Origin: Nitrospirota bacterium
GTDB lineage: Bacteria; Nitrospirota; UBA9217
Assembly: GCA_963749655.1 (NCBI GenBank)
Contig: CAVVOB010000016.1
Span: 96,001 to 160,000, forward strand
Reading direction: 5' to 3'
Length of the DNA stretch: 64,000 bases
The notes under the pieces are model-generated. The model did no database searches, was not told the origin of the DNA, and saw only the letters and a program-made list of their open reading frames with translations. The position numbers were made by a program, and so were the translations under genes. Below are positions 1 through 10,910 of this stretch, one piece after another (positions within the stretch are counted from its first letter, which is position 1; each line of letters begins with the position of its first letter).

Positions 1-341
1 AGGATTACCGACTGCAGCTCTTCATCGCTCACCTTGAGCCCCAGCCTTCCCGCTTCATCGACGAGGAGCCGGTTCACGATCAGTTCCTGGAGCGCCTGGG
101 CCCTGAGGCTCTTTTCGATGTCTGCATTGAGCTTGTCCTTCAGCAGTTCCCGGTAATTTTCGTACAGGTTCCGGTAGGCCGTGTTCACGTCGTCCACGGT
201 GATCACATAATCGCCCACTTTTGCCGCGGTCCGTCCGCCCTGCCCCGATGGATAGATGCCGAAAAAGAGAAAGGTCACCGTGATCAACCCTACGATGATC
301 CACATCATCCAGACCATATGTTTGCGAAGCCATTCGATCAT
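1..341 (-). CDS. SurA N-terminal domain / PpiD-like periplasmic chaperone (5' part; runs off window start)
   Basis: Manual translation from ATG at 341 (G-rich RBS upstream): MIEWLRKHMVWMMWIIVGLITVTFLFFGIYP...AAKVGDYVITVDDV...LIVNRLLVDEAGRLGLKVSDEEL, typical of the PpiD/SurA_N N-terminus. Not in the ORF track because it is truncated. Confidence 0.8.
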   Translation of the reverse strand, partial: MIEWLRKHMVWMMWIIVGLITVTFLFFGIYPSGQGGRTAAKVGDYVITVDDVNTAYRNLYENYRELLKDKLNADIEKSLRAQALQELIVNRLLVDEAGRLGLKVSDEELQSVI

Positions 342-358
342 TGCATGTCCCCCCTATC

Positions 359-440
359 AATTGCGAATTGCGAAATTGTGAATTTCGGATTTCCGGTTGG
401 GGATATTGATCCGCAATCCGAAATCCGAAATTCGAAATTT
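359..440. repeat. Intergenic palindromic element of 7-mer tandem units
   Basis: Left arm ttgcgaattgcgaaattgtgaatttcggattt; right arm atccgcaatccgaaatccgaaattcgaaat; arms roughly reverse-complementary. Confidence 0.8.
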
Positions 441-1872
441 TTATTCACTCAGTTTCTTTTTCAGCAGCTGGTTCACCATGTCCGGGTTCGCCTTGCCCTT
501 GCTCGCCTTCATCACCTGGCCGACGAAGAAGCCGAACAGCTTTTCCTTGCCGGCCTTGTAATCGGCGTGCTGCGCGGTATTGGCGTTGATCACCTCGGCG
601 ATGATCTGCTCGATGGCGCCCGTGTCGGAGACCTGCACCAGGCCCTGTTCTTTCACGACGGTCTCGGCGTCCTTGCCGGACTTGTACATTTCTTCAAACA
701 CGGTCTTCGCGATCTTCGTGCTGATAACGCCGTCGGAGATCATCTTGACCATGCCCGCGAGCTTGTCGGGCTTGATCGGGCAGGCTTCGATCTCCTTGTT
801 GTCGGCGTTCAGGAGCCGCATCAGTTCGCCCATTATCCAGTTCGATATCACTTTCGGCTGTCCGGAAAGCTTCGCAGCCTCTTCGTAGTACGACGCCAGC
901 GCCCGGCTCTGGGTAAGCATGTCCGCGTCGTATTCGGGCAGGCCGTACTCCTTGACGAAGCGGACGCGCTTCGTGTCAGGCAGTTCGGGGATGGTTTTGC
1001 CGATGGACTCGACGGTCTCCCGCGACACGACGATGGGCACGAGGTCGGGTTCGGGGAAATACCGGTAGTCATGGGCCTCTTCCTTGCTCCTCATGGAAAA
1101 GGTCACCCCTTTGGACGAATCAAAAAGCCTCGTTTCCTGCACGACCGTGCCCCGCTCGTCCAGGATCTGGGCCTGGCGCTTGATCTCGTACTCGATCGCC
1201 TTCTGCACGAACTTGAAGGAGTTCACGTTCTTGATCTCGGCCCTGGTGCCGAACTCCTTGCTGCCGACGGGACGGATAGACACGTTGGCGTCGCACCGGA
1301 AGTTCCCCTTCTCCATGTCCGCGTCGGATACCTCGATGTAGCGCAGGATGGAGCGGAGCTTCTTGAGGTACTCCGACGCCTCCTCGGGCGTCCGGATGTC
1401 CGGCTCGGACACGATCTCCATGAGCGGCGTGCCCGCGCGGTTCAGGTCCACCAGGCTCGCTCCTGCCTCGGACGTGTGAAGGTTCTTGCCCGCGTCCTCC
1501 TCGAGATGGATGCGCGTGAGGCCGATCCGTTTGACTTCGCCGCTCGACCACGATCTCGACATACCCGTGCTCGCAGACCGGCAGCTCGTACTGCGAGATC
1601 TGGTAGCCCTTGGGCAGGTCGGGGTAGAAATAGTTCTTGCGCGCGAACCGGCTGGAGGGGTTGATCGTGCAATGTGTGGCCAGCCCGGTCTTGACGATGA
1701 ATTCCACCGCCTTCCTGTTCAGGACCGGCAGCACGCCCGGCATGCCGATGCAGACCGGGCAGGTCCGCGTGTTCGCGTCTTCGCCGAACGTCGTCTCGCA
1801 GCCGCAGAAGATCTTGGTATTCGTCTGGAGCTGGGCATGCACTTCAAGCCCGATGACTGCCTCGTATTTCAT
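441..1872 (-). CDS. gatB: Asp-tRNA(Asn)/Glu-tRNA(Gln) amidotransferase subunit B (one frameshift near 1545)
   Basis: ORF 1120..1872 starts [15 protein letters not shown]...[17 protein letters not shown]; ORF 441..1562 continues [10 protein letters not shown]...[17 protein letters not shown]...YRYFPEPDL...[13 protein letters not shown]. Confidence 0.97.
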
Positions 1873-1910
1873 ATGCTCATCATCCTCGTGATTTCAGTTT
1901 TTCGTTAGTA

Positions 1911-1941
1911 CCCTTGCCCCTTGCTACTTGACCCTGGACCT
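1911..1941. repeat. Single arm of ccttgc/ccctgg 7-mer repeat family
   Basis: ccttgccccttgctacttgaccctggacc (1912-1940) is identical to 50100-50128 and similar to 27747-27777. Confidence 0.75.
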
Positions 1942-1944
1942 GGT

Positions 1945-3409
1945 TTAGAGCTTTGGCTTCTTCTTGTGCCATTCCGTCGCCTGCTCATACGCAAACGCGG
2001 CATGAAGGACCGACTCCTCGTCGAAATGCCTGCCCAGCAGCTGCAGCCCGATCGGCAGGCCCGCTTTCGTGAATCCCGCAGGGGATCGAGATTCCCGGAA
2101 TGCCGGCCAGGTTCACGCTGATCGTGAAGATGTCGGACAGATACATCTGGAGCGGATCTGCCGATTTCTCGCCGATCTTGAACGCAGCCGTCGGCGCCGT
2201 GGGCGTGGCGATGACGTCGACGGTCTTGAACGCCTCGTCAAAGTCCCGCTTGATCAGGGTCCGCGCCTGCTGCCCTTTCTTGTAGTAGGCATCGTAGTAT
2301 CCTGCCGAAAGCGCGTAGGTGCCGAGCATGATCCTGCGCTTGACCTCGGGACCGAACCCCTGGCTGCGCGACTTCATGTACATGTCCAGCAGGTCCTTCG
2401 GCGCTTCCGCGCGAAATCCGTACTTGACGCCGTCGTACCGGGCCAGGTTGGAGCTCGCCTCGGACGTCGCGAGGATATAGTAGGTCGCGACCGCATAGTC
2501 CGTGTGCGGCAGCGACACCTGAACGACCGTTGCTCCGAGGCCTTCGAGCGTCTTGACCGCGTCGCGGACCGCTTTGTCCACTTCCGGGTCCATGCCTTCG
2601 ATGAAGTACTCCTTCGGCAGGCCGATCTTCATCCCCTTCACGTCCTTCTTGAGCGCCTTGGTGAAATCGGGGCCGCGATGTTCGCCGACGTCGAGTCCCG
2701 GTCGTCGTGGCCGGCAATGACGTTCATGAGCAGCGCCGAGTCCGTCACGTCCTTGGTGATGGGACCGATCTGGTCCAGGGACGACGCGAAGGCGACGAGG
2801 CCGAACCGTGACACCCTGCCGTAGGTCGGTTTGAGGCCCACCACGCCGCAGCAGGCCGCGGGCTGGCGGATCGATCCGCCCGTGTCCGAGCCGAGGGACC
2901 CGATGCATTCGTCGGCAGCGACGGCGGCGGCCGAACCGCCGCTCGAACCGCCCGGGAATCCGTCTGCAGGTCCCAGGGGTTCTTCGTCGCAAAGAAGCCG
3001 GAATTCTCCGTCGACGAGCCCATGGCGAACTCGTCCATGTTCGGCTTGCCGCAGATCACGTCGCCGGCCTGCTTCAGCTTCCTGACGACCGTCGCATCGT
3101 AAGGCGGGATGAAGTTCCCCAGGATCTTCGACGCGCAGGTCGTCTTGATGCCTTCGGTGCACATGTTGTCCTTGATCGGCAATCGGGATGCCGAGGAGCG
3201 GCGACGTGATGTCTCCGCCTTGATCCGTTTGTCCGCTTCCTTCGCCTGCGCCGGGCCGCATCCGCGGTGACCGTGATATACGCCTTGACCTTGTCGTCCA
3301 CGGCGCTGATCCTGCTGAGGACCGATTCGGTAACGGCTTCGGACGTGGTCTCGCCCTTCTTCAGCATGTCGTGCAGATCGTGGATTGTCCGCTGATAGAG
3401 CTCCATCAT
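1945..3409 (-). CDS. gatA: Amidotransferase subunit A (several frameshifts)
   Basis: Fragments across frames: [13 protein letters not shown]; [19 protein letters not shown]; [17 protein letters not shown]; [14 protein letters not shown]...[12 protein letters not shown] (amidase signature); [15 protein letters not shown]; [10 protein letters not shown]; [15 protein letters not shown]-stop. Confidence 0.95.
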
Positions 3410-3759
3410 TTCTCCTTCACCCGGTTGTTGTCATCGACGAGAACGATATTGGGTTTGAAGGTCTTGAGCTCCTCCTCGTTGAAGTACTCGTAGCAGAACA
3501 CGATGATCTTGTCGCCCTTGACGCCCTTGCGGGCTGTGGGGCCGTTCAGCACATTTCCCCGGAATCGCGCGTTCCCGGGAATGACATAGGTCTCGAACCG
3601 CTCGCCGTTGTTCAGGTTCGACACGCTCACCTGCTCGTAGGGAAGCATATCCGCAGCTTCGAGAAGGACGGGGTCGACGGTCAGGCTCCCCTCGTACTCG
3701 AGGTTCGAGTCCGTCACCGTCGCCCGGTGGATCTTTGATCGCAGCATCAATCTGAACAT
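3406..3759 (-). CDS. panD: Aspartate 1-decarboxylase
   Basis: [25 protein letters not shown] (G-S self-cleavage site), [17 protein letters not shown]. Confidence 0.95.
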   Translation of the reverse strand: MFRLMLRSKIHRATVTDSNLEYEGSLTVDPVLLEAADMLPYEQVSVSNLNNGERFETYVIPGNARFRGNVLNGPTARKGVKGDKIIVFCYEYFNEEELKTFKPNIVLVDDNNRVKEK

Positions 3760-3777
3760 GATTCTCCTTGAAGTTCA

Positions 3778-3856
3778 GTCAGGAGTAAACAGTGAGGGGT
3801 CAGGAGAAAAACCTGTTCGCATTTCTTCCCCTCACACCTCACTCCTGACCCCTTAC
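3778..3856. repeat. Intergenic palindromic element (gtgagg/tcaggag units)
   Basis: gtcaggagtaaacagtgaggggtcaggag ... ccctcacacctcactcctgaccccttac between gatC and panD. Confidence 0.75.
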
Positions 3857-3868
3857 CGGTTTTATTCG

Positions 3869-4156
3869 CTATTCTATGATCTTCGGCACCTTGTAATGCC
3901 CCGCCGCCTTTTCCGGCGCATTCGCCAGCGCCCGTTCCTGGGAAAGGCTTTCCCGTGCCACATCGTCGCGCATGACGTTGTTGATGTCCAGCACGTGCGA
4001 CGTCGGCTCCACGCCCTTGGTGTCCAGCTCGTTCAGCTTGTCCACGTAGGTGAGGATGTTCGACAGCTGGTCCGTCAGTTTGTCCTTTTCCTGGTCCGAC
4101 AGCTCGAGCCTGGCCAGCTTGGCCACGTGTTCAACTTCCTGTTTGGTGATTTTCAT
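3869..4156 (-). CDS. gatC: Amidotransferase subunit C
   Basis: MKITKQEVEHVAKLARLEL...LNELDTKGVEPTSH...MRDD...ALANAP...YKVPKIIE; RBS gaggag before ATG 4156. Confidence 0.96.
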   Translation of the reverse strand: MKITKQEVEHVAKLARLELSDQEKDKLTDQLSNILTYVDKLNELDTKGVEPTSHVLDINNVMRDDVARESLSQERALANAPEKAAGHYKVPKIIE

Positions 4157-4183
4157 GGATGACTCCTCAAAATGACGACTGCA

Positions 4184-4283
4184 GCCGTGAATCACACGAA
4201 TTTCCACGAATGTGAAAAACAAAAGCAGACTTCCGGGTTTTATTCAGCTCTTTAATTCGTGCCCATTCGTGTTAATTCGTGGC
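4184..4283. repeat. Intergenic palindromic element (cacgaat/attcgtg ~10-mer units)
   Basis: gccgtgaatcacacgaatttccacgaat ... attcgtgcccattcgtgttaattcgtggc. Confidence 0.8.
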
Positions 4284-4293
4284 AAACCGGATT

Positions 4294-6550
4294 CTAAATC
4301 ACTTCCAGATTCGCATACTTCACCGCCAGCGTCTTGACCCCGTGTCCCGGAAAGCTGACGCTGATCTTGAGATCGTCGCCCGCCCCTTCCGAACGCTGCA
4401 CCGTGCCGAGCCCGAACTTTGCGTGCCGGACCACGGCCCCCCGGTAATACTTTCCGGCAGCCCCGTCTTTGGGCTGCGGCTGCGGCGCGGTCTTGAATTC
4501 CCCTGCCACAGCACGGGCGCTGGAAACAGAAGGGCTGGTCCAGGTCGCCATACGGTCCCGGTACGAAAGGGAAGAACTGCCGGGATCGCCGCCTCCGGTG
4601 AATTCCATCGCTTCCTTCGGGATCTCCTGCACGAACCTCGACATCAGGTTCGCCTGCGGATAACCGTAGAGCCTTCGCTCAGACGCATGGGTGATGACGC
4701 AGCTTTTCCTTGGCCCGGGTGATTCCTACGTAGCAGAGCCTGCGCTCCTCTTCCAGCTCTTCCTCGCTCTCCGCCGAACGGGAATGGGGGAAGAGGCCTT
4801 CTTCCATTCCTACCATAAAGACGACGGAAAATTCGAGCCCCTTGGCGTTATGGAGCGTCATGAGCGTGACCGAATCGCTGCCCACCCGCCTGCCCTCCGC
4901 CGCGGTCTGCTCCTCTGAATCCGTTATGAGCGCCACCTGGTCGAGGAACGAGGTGAGCGAGGCGTCCCGGTTCTGCTCCTGGAAATCCTCGGTTGCCGAC
5001 AGGAGTTCATTCAGGTTCTCGAGCCGGATCCGCGCTTCGACGTTCTTGTCCTGTTCGAGCGCCGAGCCGTACCCCGAGTCGTGGATCACGCGCCGAACGA
5101 GCTCCGTAACGGTCATCACCCCGAGATCGGCCCGCATGCGCTCCATCATGGCGGTGAACTCACGGAGCTTCTTCTTTGCCGCAGGCGACACCTCGGCGTC
5201 ATCGGGATTCATTGCCGCCTCGTAAAGGCCGGTGCCTGATCGCAGTGCCGCGGATTCGAGCTTATCGATCGTCGTGTCGCCGATGCCGCGCGCCGGCACA
5301 TTGATGATCCTGCGCAGACTGACGATGTCCGACGGGTTCTGAAGGACCCGCAGATAGGCGATGACGTCCTTGATCTCCTTCCGGTCGTAGAACCGGAGCC
5401 CGCCGAAGATCCGGTACGGGATGCCGAGGCCCCGGAGGCCGTCTTCCAGCGCCCGGGACTGGGCATTGGTGCGGTACAGCACGGCAAGCTCCCGGAGGCT
5501 CCTGCCGCCATCGACTTCCTGCTGGATGGACCGGGCGATGAACCGGGCCTCGTCCTTCTCGTCCACCGCCTTGTAGCACAGGATCTTTTCGCCGCCGCGC
5601 TTCTCGGTCCAGAGCTCCTTCGGCTTCCTGCCCAGGTTGCGGCTGACCACGGCGCCGGCCGCCCCGAGGATGTTCTGGGTCGACCGGTAGTTCTGCTCCA
5701 GCTTGATGACCTTCGCGTCGGAATAGTCCTTCTCGAAGTTCAGGATATTCGAGATGTCGGCGCCGCGGAACTTATAGATGCTCTGGTCGTCGTCTCCGAC
5801 AACGCACAGGTTCTGGTGCTTCATGGTCAGCAGCCGCACGAGGCGGTACTGCGCGCGGTTCGTATCCTGGTACTCGTCGATCAGGATGTGCCGGAATATC
5901 CCCTCGTAGTAGGCAAGCACGTCCTGGTGCTGTTCGAACAGCCGGACGGTCAGCATGAGCAGGTCGTCGAAATCGAGCCCGCCCGACTCCCGGAGCTTTT
6001 CCTCGTACATCGCATAGACGCGCGACACGGCTTCCTCGAAACCGAAGGCGGAGCTCGTCTTTGCGAACTGCGCGGCGTCGGTCAGGTTGTTCTTGAGCGC
6101 GCTGATCCTGGACGCAATGGCCCGGGGCAGATAGCGCTCCGTGTCGATGCGCAGGTCCGAGGCGCAGGCCTTGATCAGCGACGACCGGTCCGTCTCGTCG
6201 TAGATCACGAAGGTCCGCTTGTACCCCAGACGGTCGATGTGCTGGCGCAGGATCCGCACGCAGGCCGAATGGAACGTGCTGATCCAGAGCCCGCCGTGGC
6301 CGATGCCGCGGCCGAGCGACATGCCGAGCATCCGTTCGAGCCGCTCCTTCATCTCGTTCGCGGCCTTGTTCGTAAAGGTCACGGCAAGGATGCTGCCCGG
6401 GTCTACGCCCCGCTCGCGGATCAAATGGGCGATCCGGGAGGTGATAACGCGCGTCTTCCCGCTTCCAGCGCCGGCGAGGATCAGAAGCGGCCCGTCGCCG
6501 TGCAGCACGGCCTCGCGCTGGGGCGGGTTCAGGTTTTCAAGATAATCCAT
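4294..6550 (-). CDS. pcrA: ATP-dependent DNA helicase PcrA/UvrD (frameshift near 4650-4700)
   Basis: LNPPQREAV...LILAGAGSGKT, TFTNKAA, DEYQDTN, LEQNYRS, TLHNAKGLEF, EEERRLCYVGITRA; C-terminal Tudor-like VRHAKFGLGTV...KTLAVKYANLE in 4294..4644. Confidence 0.95.
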
Positions 6551-6565
6551 AAAAATACTTTGTTT

Positions 6566-6689
6566 GCCGCGAATTTCACGAATGGACACGAATTAAAGAA
6601 CTAAACTAAAAACGGGAAAATGATCTAATTCGCTTGAGTTCTGTTTTCGGCTTTTCTTAAATTCGTGAAAATTCGTGTCAATTCGTGGC
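6566..6689. repeat. Intergenic palindromic element (same family as 4184-4283)
   Basis: gccgcgaatttcacgaatggacacgaat ... attcgtgaaaattcgtgtcaattcgtggc. Confidence 0.8.
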
Positions 6690-6714
6690 GTATATCATTT
6701 TTTTGGTGTCGCAG

Positions 6715-8544
6715 TTATTCCACCGTCACGCTCTTCGCCAGGTTCCTCGGCTGGTCCACGTCGGCGCCGAGCAGGACCGCGATATGGTAGGCCAGCAGTT
6801 GAAGCGGTATGGACATCAGGATGGGCTGGAGCAGATGGTTCGTCGCCGGCACCGGTATCGCATGGTGGACCCGTTTCGTAATCTCGGTGTCGCCTTCGGT
6901 CGTCAGCGCAATAACGATCCCGCCCCGCGCCCTGATCTCCTCGATGTTCGCCAGGATCTTGTCGTACACGCCGTTCTTGCCCGCAAGGACGACCACCGGC
7001 AGTTTCTCGTCGATCAGCGCGATCGGCCCGTGCTTCATCTCGCCGGCGGGGTACCCTTCGGCGTGAATGTAGGATATTTCCTTCAGTTTCAGTGCGCCTT
7101 CCAGTGCAACGGGAAAATTCGGCCCTCTGCCGAGATAGAGGAAGTCCGTCGCCTTGAAATAGAGCTTCGCGATCTGCTCGATCAGTTCATTCCCCTCGAG
7201 GCAGCGCTCGACAAGGGCGGGAACGTGGACGAGATCGGCGAGCAGTTTCTTAACGTCATCGACGGTCAAAATGCCTCGCAGGCGGCCGAAGAACAGTCCG
7301 AAAAGATAGAGCGCCGTCAGCTGCGCGGTAAAGGCCTTGGTCGAGGCCACGCCGATCTCCGGTCCTGCATGGGTGTAGATGACGCCGTCCGCCTCGCGGC
7401 TTGCGGTCGATCCCACCACATTGCAGACAACGATGACCGTGGCCCCCCGCTTTTTCGCCTCCCGCATTGCCGCAAGCGTGTCGGCGGTCTCGCCGGACTG
7501 GGTGATGGCGATGAAGAGATCGTCCTTGCCTACCAGGGGTCCGCGGTAGCGGAATTCGGAAGCGATGTCCACTTCCGTCGGAACGCCGGCCAGCTCCTCG
7601 AAGAGGTACTTGCCCACGAGCCCTGCGTGCCAGGACGTTCCGCAGGCGACGATGAACACCTTCTTCATTGTCCTGAACCGCTCCTGCCCGATCCCGATCT
7701 CCTCGAGATGGATGGCCCCCGTCTCCTGGGAGATCCTGCCGCGGATCGTGTCCATGATGGCCCGCGGCTGCTCGTAAATCTCCTTGAGCATGAAATGCCG
7801 GTACCCGCCCTTCTCGGCCATGACCGGGTTCCACATGACGCGCGTGATCTCCCGGGTCACCTCCGCGCCTTGCAGGTCGGTGATCCGCACGCCCTCTCCC
7901 GAAAGGATCGCCATTTCGTCATCGTTTAAAAACAGGACGTCCCGCGTCCGGTGGAGGATGGCCGGGATGTCGGAAGCAAGGAAGAATTCGCCCATACCGA
8001 GACCGACCACGAGCGGGCTTCCCTTGCGGGCGCCGACCACGACGTCGGGATTGCGCTCATCAATGACCGCGATGGCATAGGCGCCAACCAGCTGCCGCGC
8101 CGCTTCGCGCACGGCTTCTTCCAGGCTGATGCCCTTTGCGGCGATGCTGTCGATGAGATGGGCGATAACTTCCGTGTCGGTCTCGGACTGGAACACCCTC
8201 CCGGAGGCTGCGAGGTCCTTCTTGAGCGCTGTATAGTTTTCGATGATGCCGTTATGAACCACCACGATGCTGCCGGCGCGATGCGGATGGGCGTTTTCCT
8301 CCGACGGTCGGCCGTGGGTGGCCCAGCGCACGTGTCCGACGCCGATGCATCCGGTCAGCTGCTCGCTGCGCAGCAGGGCCTCGAGATTCTGAAGCTTTCC
8401 GACGGCCCTGCGCACCTCGAACCGGTTGTTCTGCAGAACGGCAACGCCCGCCGAATCGTATCCGCGGTATTCTAGCTTCCTCAGACCTTCGATCAGGATC
8501 GGCACAGCAGGTTCTTTTCCGATATATCCGATGATGCCGCACAT
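6715..8544 (-). CDS. glmS: Glutamine--fructose-6-phosphate aminotransferase
   Basis: MCGIIGY...LEYRGYDSAG, GHVRWATHG, ACGTSWHAG, QSGETADT, GVASTKAF, C-terminal DQPRNLAKSVTVE. Confidence 0.98.
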   Translation of the reverse strand: MCGIIGYIGKEPAVPILIEGLRKLEYRGYDSAGVAVLQNNRFEVRRAVGKLQNLEALLRSEQLTGCIGVGHVRWATHGRPSEENAHPHRAGSIVVVHNGIIENYTALKKDLAASGRVFQSETDTEVIAHLIDSIAAKGISLEEAVREAARQLVGAYAIAVIDERNPDVVVGARKGSPLVVGLGMGEFFLASDIPAILHRTRDVLFLNDDEMAILSGEGVRITDLQGAEVTREITRVMWNPVMAEKGGYRHFMLKEIYEQPRAIMDTIRGRISQETGAIHLEEIGIGQERFRTMKKVFIVACGTSWHAGLVGKYLFEELAGVPTEVDIASEFRYRGPLVGKDDLFIAITQSGETADTLAAMREAKKRGATVIVVCNVVGSTASREADGVIYTHAGPEIGVASTKAFTAQLTALYLFGLFFGRLRGILTVDDVKKLLADLVHVPALVERCLEGNELIEQIAKLYFKATDFLYLGRGPNFPVALEGALKLKEISYIHAEGYPAGEMKHGPIALIDEKLPVVVLAGKNGVYDKILANIEEIRARGGIVIALTTEGDTEITKRVHHAIPVPATNHLLQPILMSIPLQLLAYHIAVLLGADVDQPRNLAKSVTVE

Positions 8545-8596
8545 ACTCGATATACTCCATTTACCCGACGAAAAACTTGACTGAATCGTACTATTT

Positions 8597-8669
8597 GCCA
8601 CAGAGAGCACAGAGGGAAGACTTAACAAAATGGAAGATTTTCTCTGAGACTTTTGTGACTTTTTGTGGC
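8597..8669. repeat. Intergenic palindromic element (cacagag 9-mer units)
   Basis: gccacagagagcacagagg ... tctctgagacttttgtgactttttgtggc between glmU and glmS. Confidence 0.7.
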
Positions 8670-8723
8670 CGGCAAAGATTTTTTACAGTGTCATTATATA
8701 AAAACCGGGGGCACATGCCGCGA

Positions 8724-10106
8724 TCATTTCTTCTGCTTCATTTTTCTTCTGCGGCTCGCAACCCCTTCGCGTATCTCCTGGGGCGCCCTGCTGATTCCGA
8801 GGGCGTCCGCCGGCACATCACGGGTGATCGTCGCGCCTGCCGCGATCAGCGCCCCCCGCCCGATCTTCACGGGCGCCACGAGCTGGGTGTCGCTGCCGAC
8901 GAAGACCCCGTCCTCGATAACGGTCCGGAATTTCTCGAACCCGTCGTAGTTGCAGGTGATGACGCCCGCGCCGATGTTGACGTCACGGCCCACGGTCGCG
9001 TCGCCGATGTAGGAGAGATGATTCGCCTTGCTTCCCGCGCCGATCAGCGCCTTCTTGGTCTCGACAAAATTTCCGATCCGCGCCTTCTCGCCGATCTCGC
9101 TCCCCGGCCGCAGGTGCGCAAACGGCCCGATCGACGCGCCGGACGCGATCGTGCTCTCCTCGATCACCGAGCAGTCCTTTACGGTGACGCCGGCGGCGAG
9201 CGTGCTGTCCGTTATCCGTGCGCCGGGATAGATGACGCAGAAATCGCCTATCGTCGTCGCGCCCTCCAACCGGACATCCGGATAGAGCACTACGTCGCGT
9301 CCCAGCGTTACGGCGGTCCCGACAAAAATCCGCTCGGGCGCGAGCATGGTCACGCCCTCGGCCATCCACTTCCGGTTGATCCGGAGCTGCATGACCGCTT
9401 CCGCGCGGCTGAGGTCATAGCGGGAATTCACGCCCATCACCTCGTCGGCATCTTCGCAGAGAAACGCGGCGACGGTCCTTTTCTTTTTTCGCGCCAGCCC
9501 GACCGTGTCGGGGAGGTAGTATTCTCCCTGCGCATTGTTTCGGCCAAGCCCCGTCAGGGACGACAGCAGAAATTTCGGGTCGAAGCAATAGATGCCGGCG
9601 TTGATCTCCCGGATCTTCTTCTGCGCAGCGGTCGCGTCCTTTTCCTCGACCACGCGCATGACCCCGCCCCTGCCGCGCACCACCCGTCCGTACCCGTAGG
9701 GGTTGTCGATCCGGGCGCTCACAAGCGTGACGGCGGCCCGGGATTTGCGGTGCAGTTCAAGGACGGCCCCGAGGGTTTCTTTCGTGAGCAGCGGCGTATC
9801 GGCGCACAGGATCATGACCGGTCCGCCTGCCGCTGCGATGGCTTCCCGCGCCTGCATCACCGCGTGGCCGGTTCCGAGCTGTTCTGCCTGGAAAACGAAT
9901 TCGACGCCCGCGTCACCCAGCGCCTCCCTGACCCGGTCCGCCTGGTGTCCCAGGACGAGGACGGTCTTTTCCGGCCCGATTCCCTCGGCTGCGCTCAGAA
10001 CGTGCCGCGCCATGGGAAGGCCGGCAACGGGATGAAGGGCCTTGGCTGTCGCGGACTTCATTCGCGTGCCGAGCCCCGCGGCTAGAATGACGACGGTCGG
10101 CTTCAC
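8724..10106 (-). CDS. glmU: Bifunctional UDP-GlcNAc pyrophosphorylase / glucosamine-1-P acetyltransferase
   Basis: ILAAGLGTRMKS, QLGTGHAV, NAQGEYYLPD, GPFAHLRPG, GNFVETK, HLSYIGDA, GVITCNYDG. Confidence 0.98.
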   Translation of the reverse strand: MKPTVVILAAGLGTRMKSATAKALHPVAGLPMARHVLSAAEGIGPEKTVLVLGHQADRVREALGDAGVEFVFQAEQLGTGHAVMQAREAIAAAGGPVMILCADTPLLTKETLGAVLELHRKSRAAVTLVSARIDNPYGYGRVVRGRGGVMRVVEEKDATAAQKKIREINAGIYCFDPKFLLSSLTGLGRNNAQGEYYLPDTVGLARKKKRTVAAFLCEDADEVMGVNSRYDLSRAEAVMQLRINRKWMAEGVTMLAPERIFVGTAVTLGRDVVLYPDVRLEGATTIGDFCVIYPGARITDSTLAAGVTVKDCSVIEESTIASGASIGPFAHLRPGSEIGEKARIGNFVETKKALIGAGSKANHLSYIGDATVGRDVNIGAGVITCNYDGFEKFRTVIEDGVFVGSDTQLVAPVKIGRGALIAAGATITRDVPADALGISRAPQEIREGVASRRRKMKQKK

Positions 10107-10736
10107 TTAGACGGCCTCCGGTGAAGGACGTTTCAATTTGGCTGCCTGCTCTTCGTCAAGGGGAACCAGTCCCAGCGAAATGATGAACTTCATCCCCTGT
10201 TCCACGGACATATCGAGCCGCACGACCTCGGCCTCGGGCAAAAGAAGGAGAAAACCCGCCGTGGGATTAGGCGTTGTGGGTACGAAAACCGTAACGAACC
10301 TGCCCGAAAGATTGACTGCCGTGCCGTCGAGGGTGCCGGTCATAAATCCGATGCTCCAGCACCCTTTCCGCGGATATTCGACAAGACCGACTCCGTGAAA
10401 CTGCTGTTTCAGCGAAAAGGTCTCCATGACCTGCTTGACCGTGAAGTACACGCCACGGACAAGGGGCACCTTGTGCAGGAGCTCGTCGCCCACCGTGACG
10501 ATCTTACGCCCCAAATAATTTGTGAAGAGAATGCCGACGAGCAGCACGAGGATGACCAGCGTGATGATGCCCATGCCGGGAATCCGGTGGCCCAGAACAT
10601 AGGCCGGCAGGTCAGCCACGATTCCGTCAATGACGCCGAGGAGTGCTTTCAGGACATAGTAAGTCGCCCATACCGGCACGATGACGAACAGGCCGGTGAT
10701 GAAATATTTTTTAAAAAAACTCCTGATTTTCTTCAC
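10107..10736 (-). CDS. DUF502 domain membrane protein
   Basis: KKYFITGL, KVPLVRGVYFTVKQV, LVEYPRKG, VFVPTTPNPTAGFLL, MKFIISLG. GTG start at 10736 chosen from the promoter position. Confidence 0.9.
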   Translation of the reverse strand: MKKIRSFFKKYFITGLFVIVPVWATYYVLKALLGVIDGIVADLPAYVLGHRIPGMGIITLVILVLLVGILFTNYLGRKIVTVGDELLHKVPLVRGVYFTVKQVMETFSLKQQFHGVGLVEYPRKGCWSIGFMTGTLDGTAVNLSGRFVTVFVPTTPNPTAGFLLLLPEAEVVRLDMSVEQGMKFIISLGLVPLDEEQAAKLKRPSPEAV

Positions 10737-10743
10737 GTTTGCA

Positions 10744-10772
10744 ATATTACTGATTTTACCGGGTCGTTGCAA
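10744..10772 (-). promoter_or_regulatory. Putative sigma70 promoter (TTGCAA-N17-TAATAT) for DUF502-glmU-glmS
   Basis: -35 at 10772-10767, -10 at 10749-10744, 7 nt before the GTG. Confidence 0.55.
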
Positions 10773-10910
10773 GCTTTTTTTCGGAATCGCCCCCGTATCC
10801 TTCTGTTTTTACGGGATGAACCGGCATCTCGCGGCTGGATCGAACAACCTGTCTGTCGGGAAGGCGCTCTGAGGCGGTTGGAGCGGCACGCGAAGGTCGA
10901 ACAACGCCGG

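Noticed and set aside
8545-8723. glmS ribozyme upstream of glmS
   Set aside because: No recognisable glmS ribozyme core; the spacer is occupied by a cacagag-type palindromic repeat.
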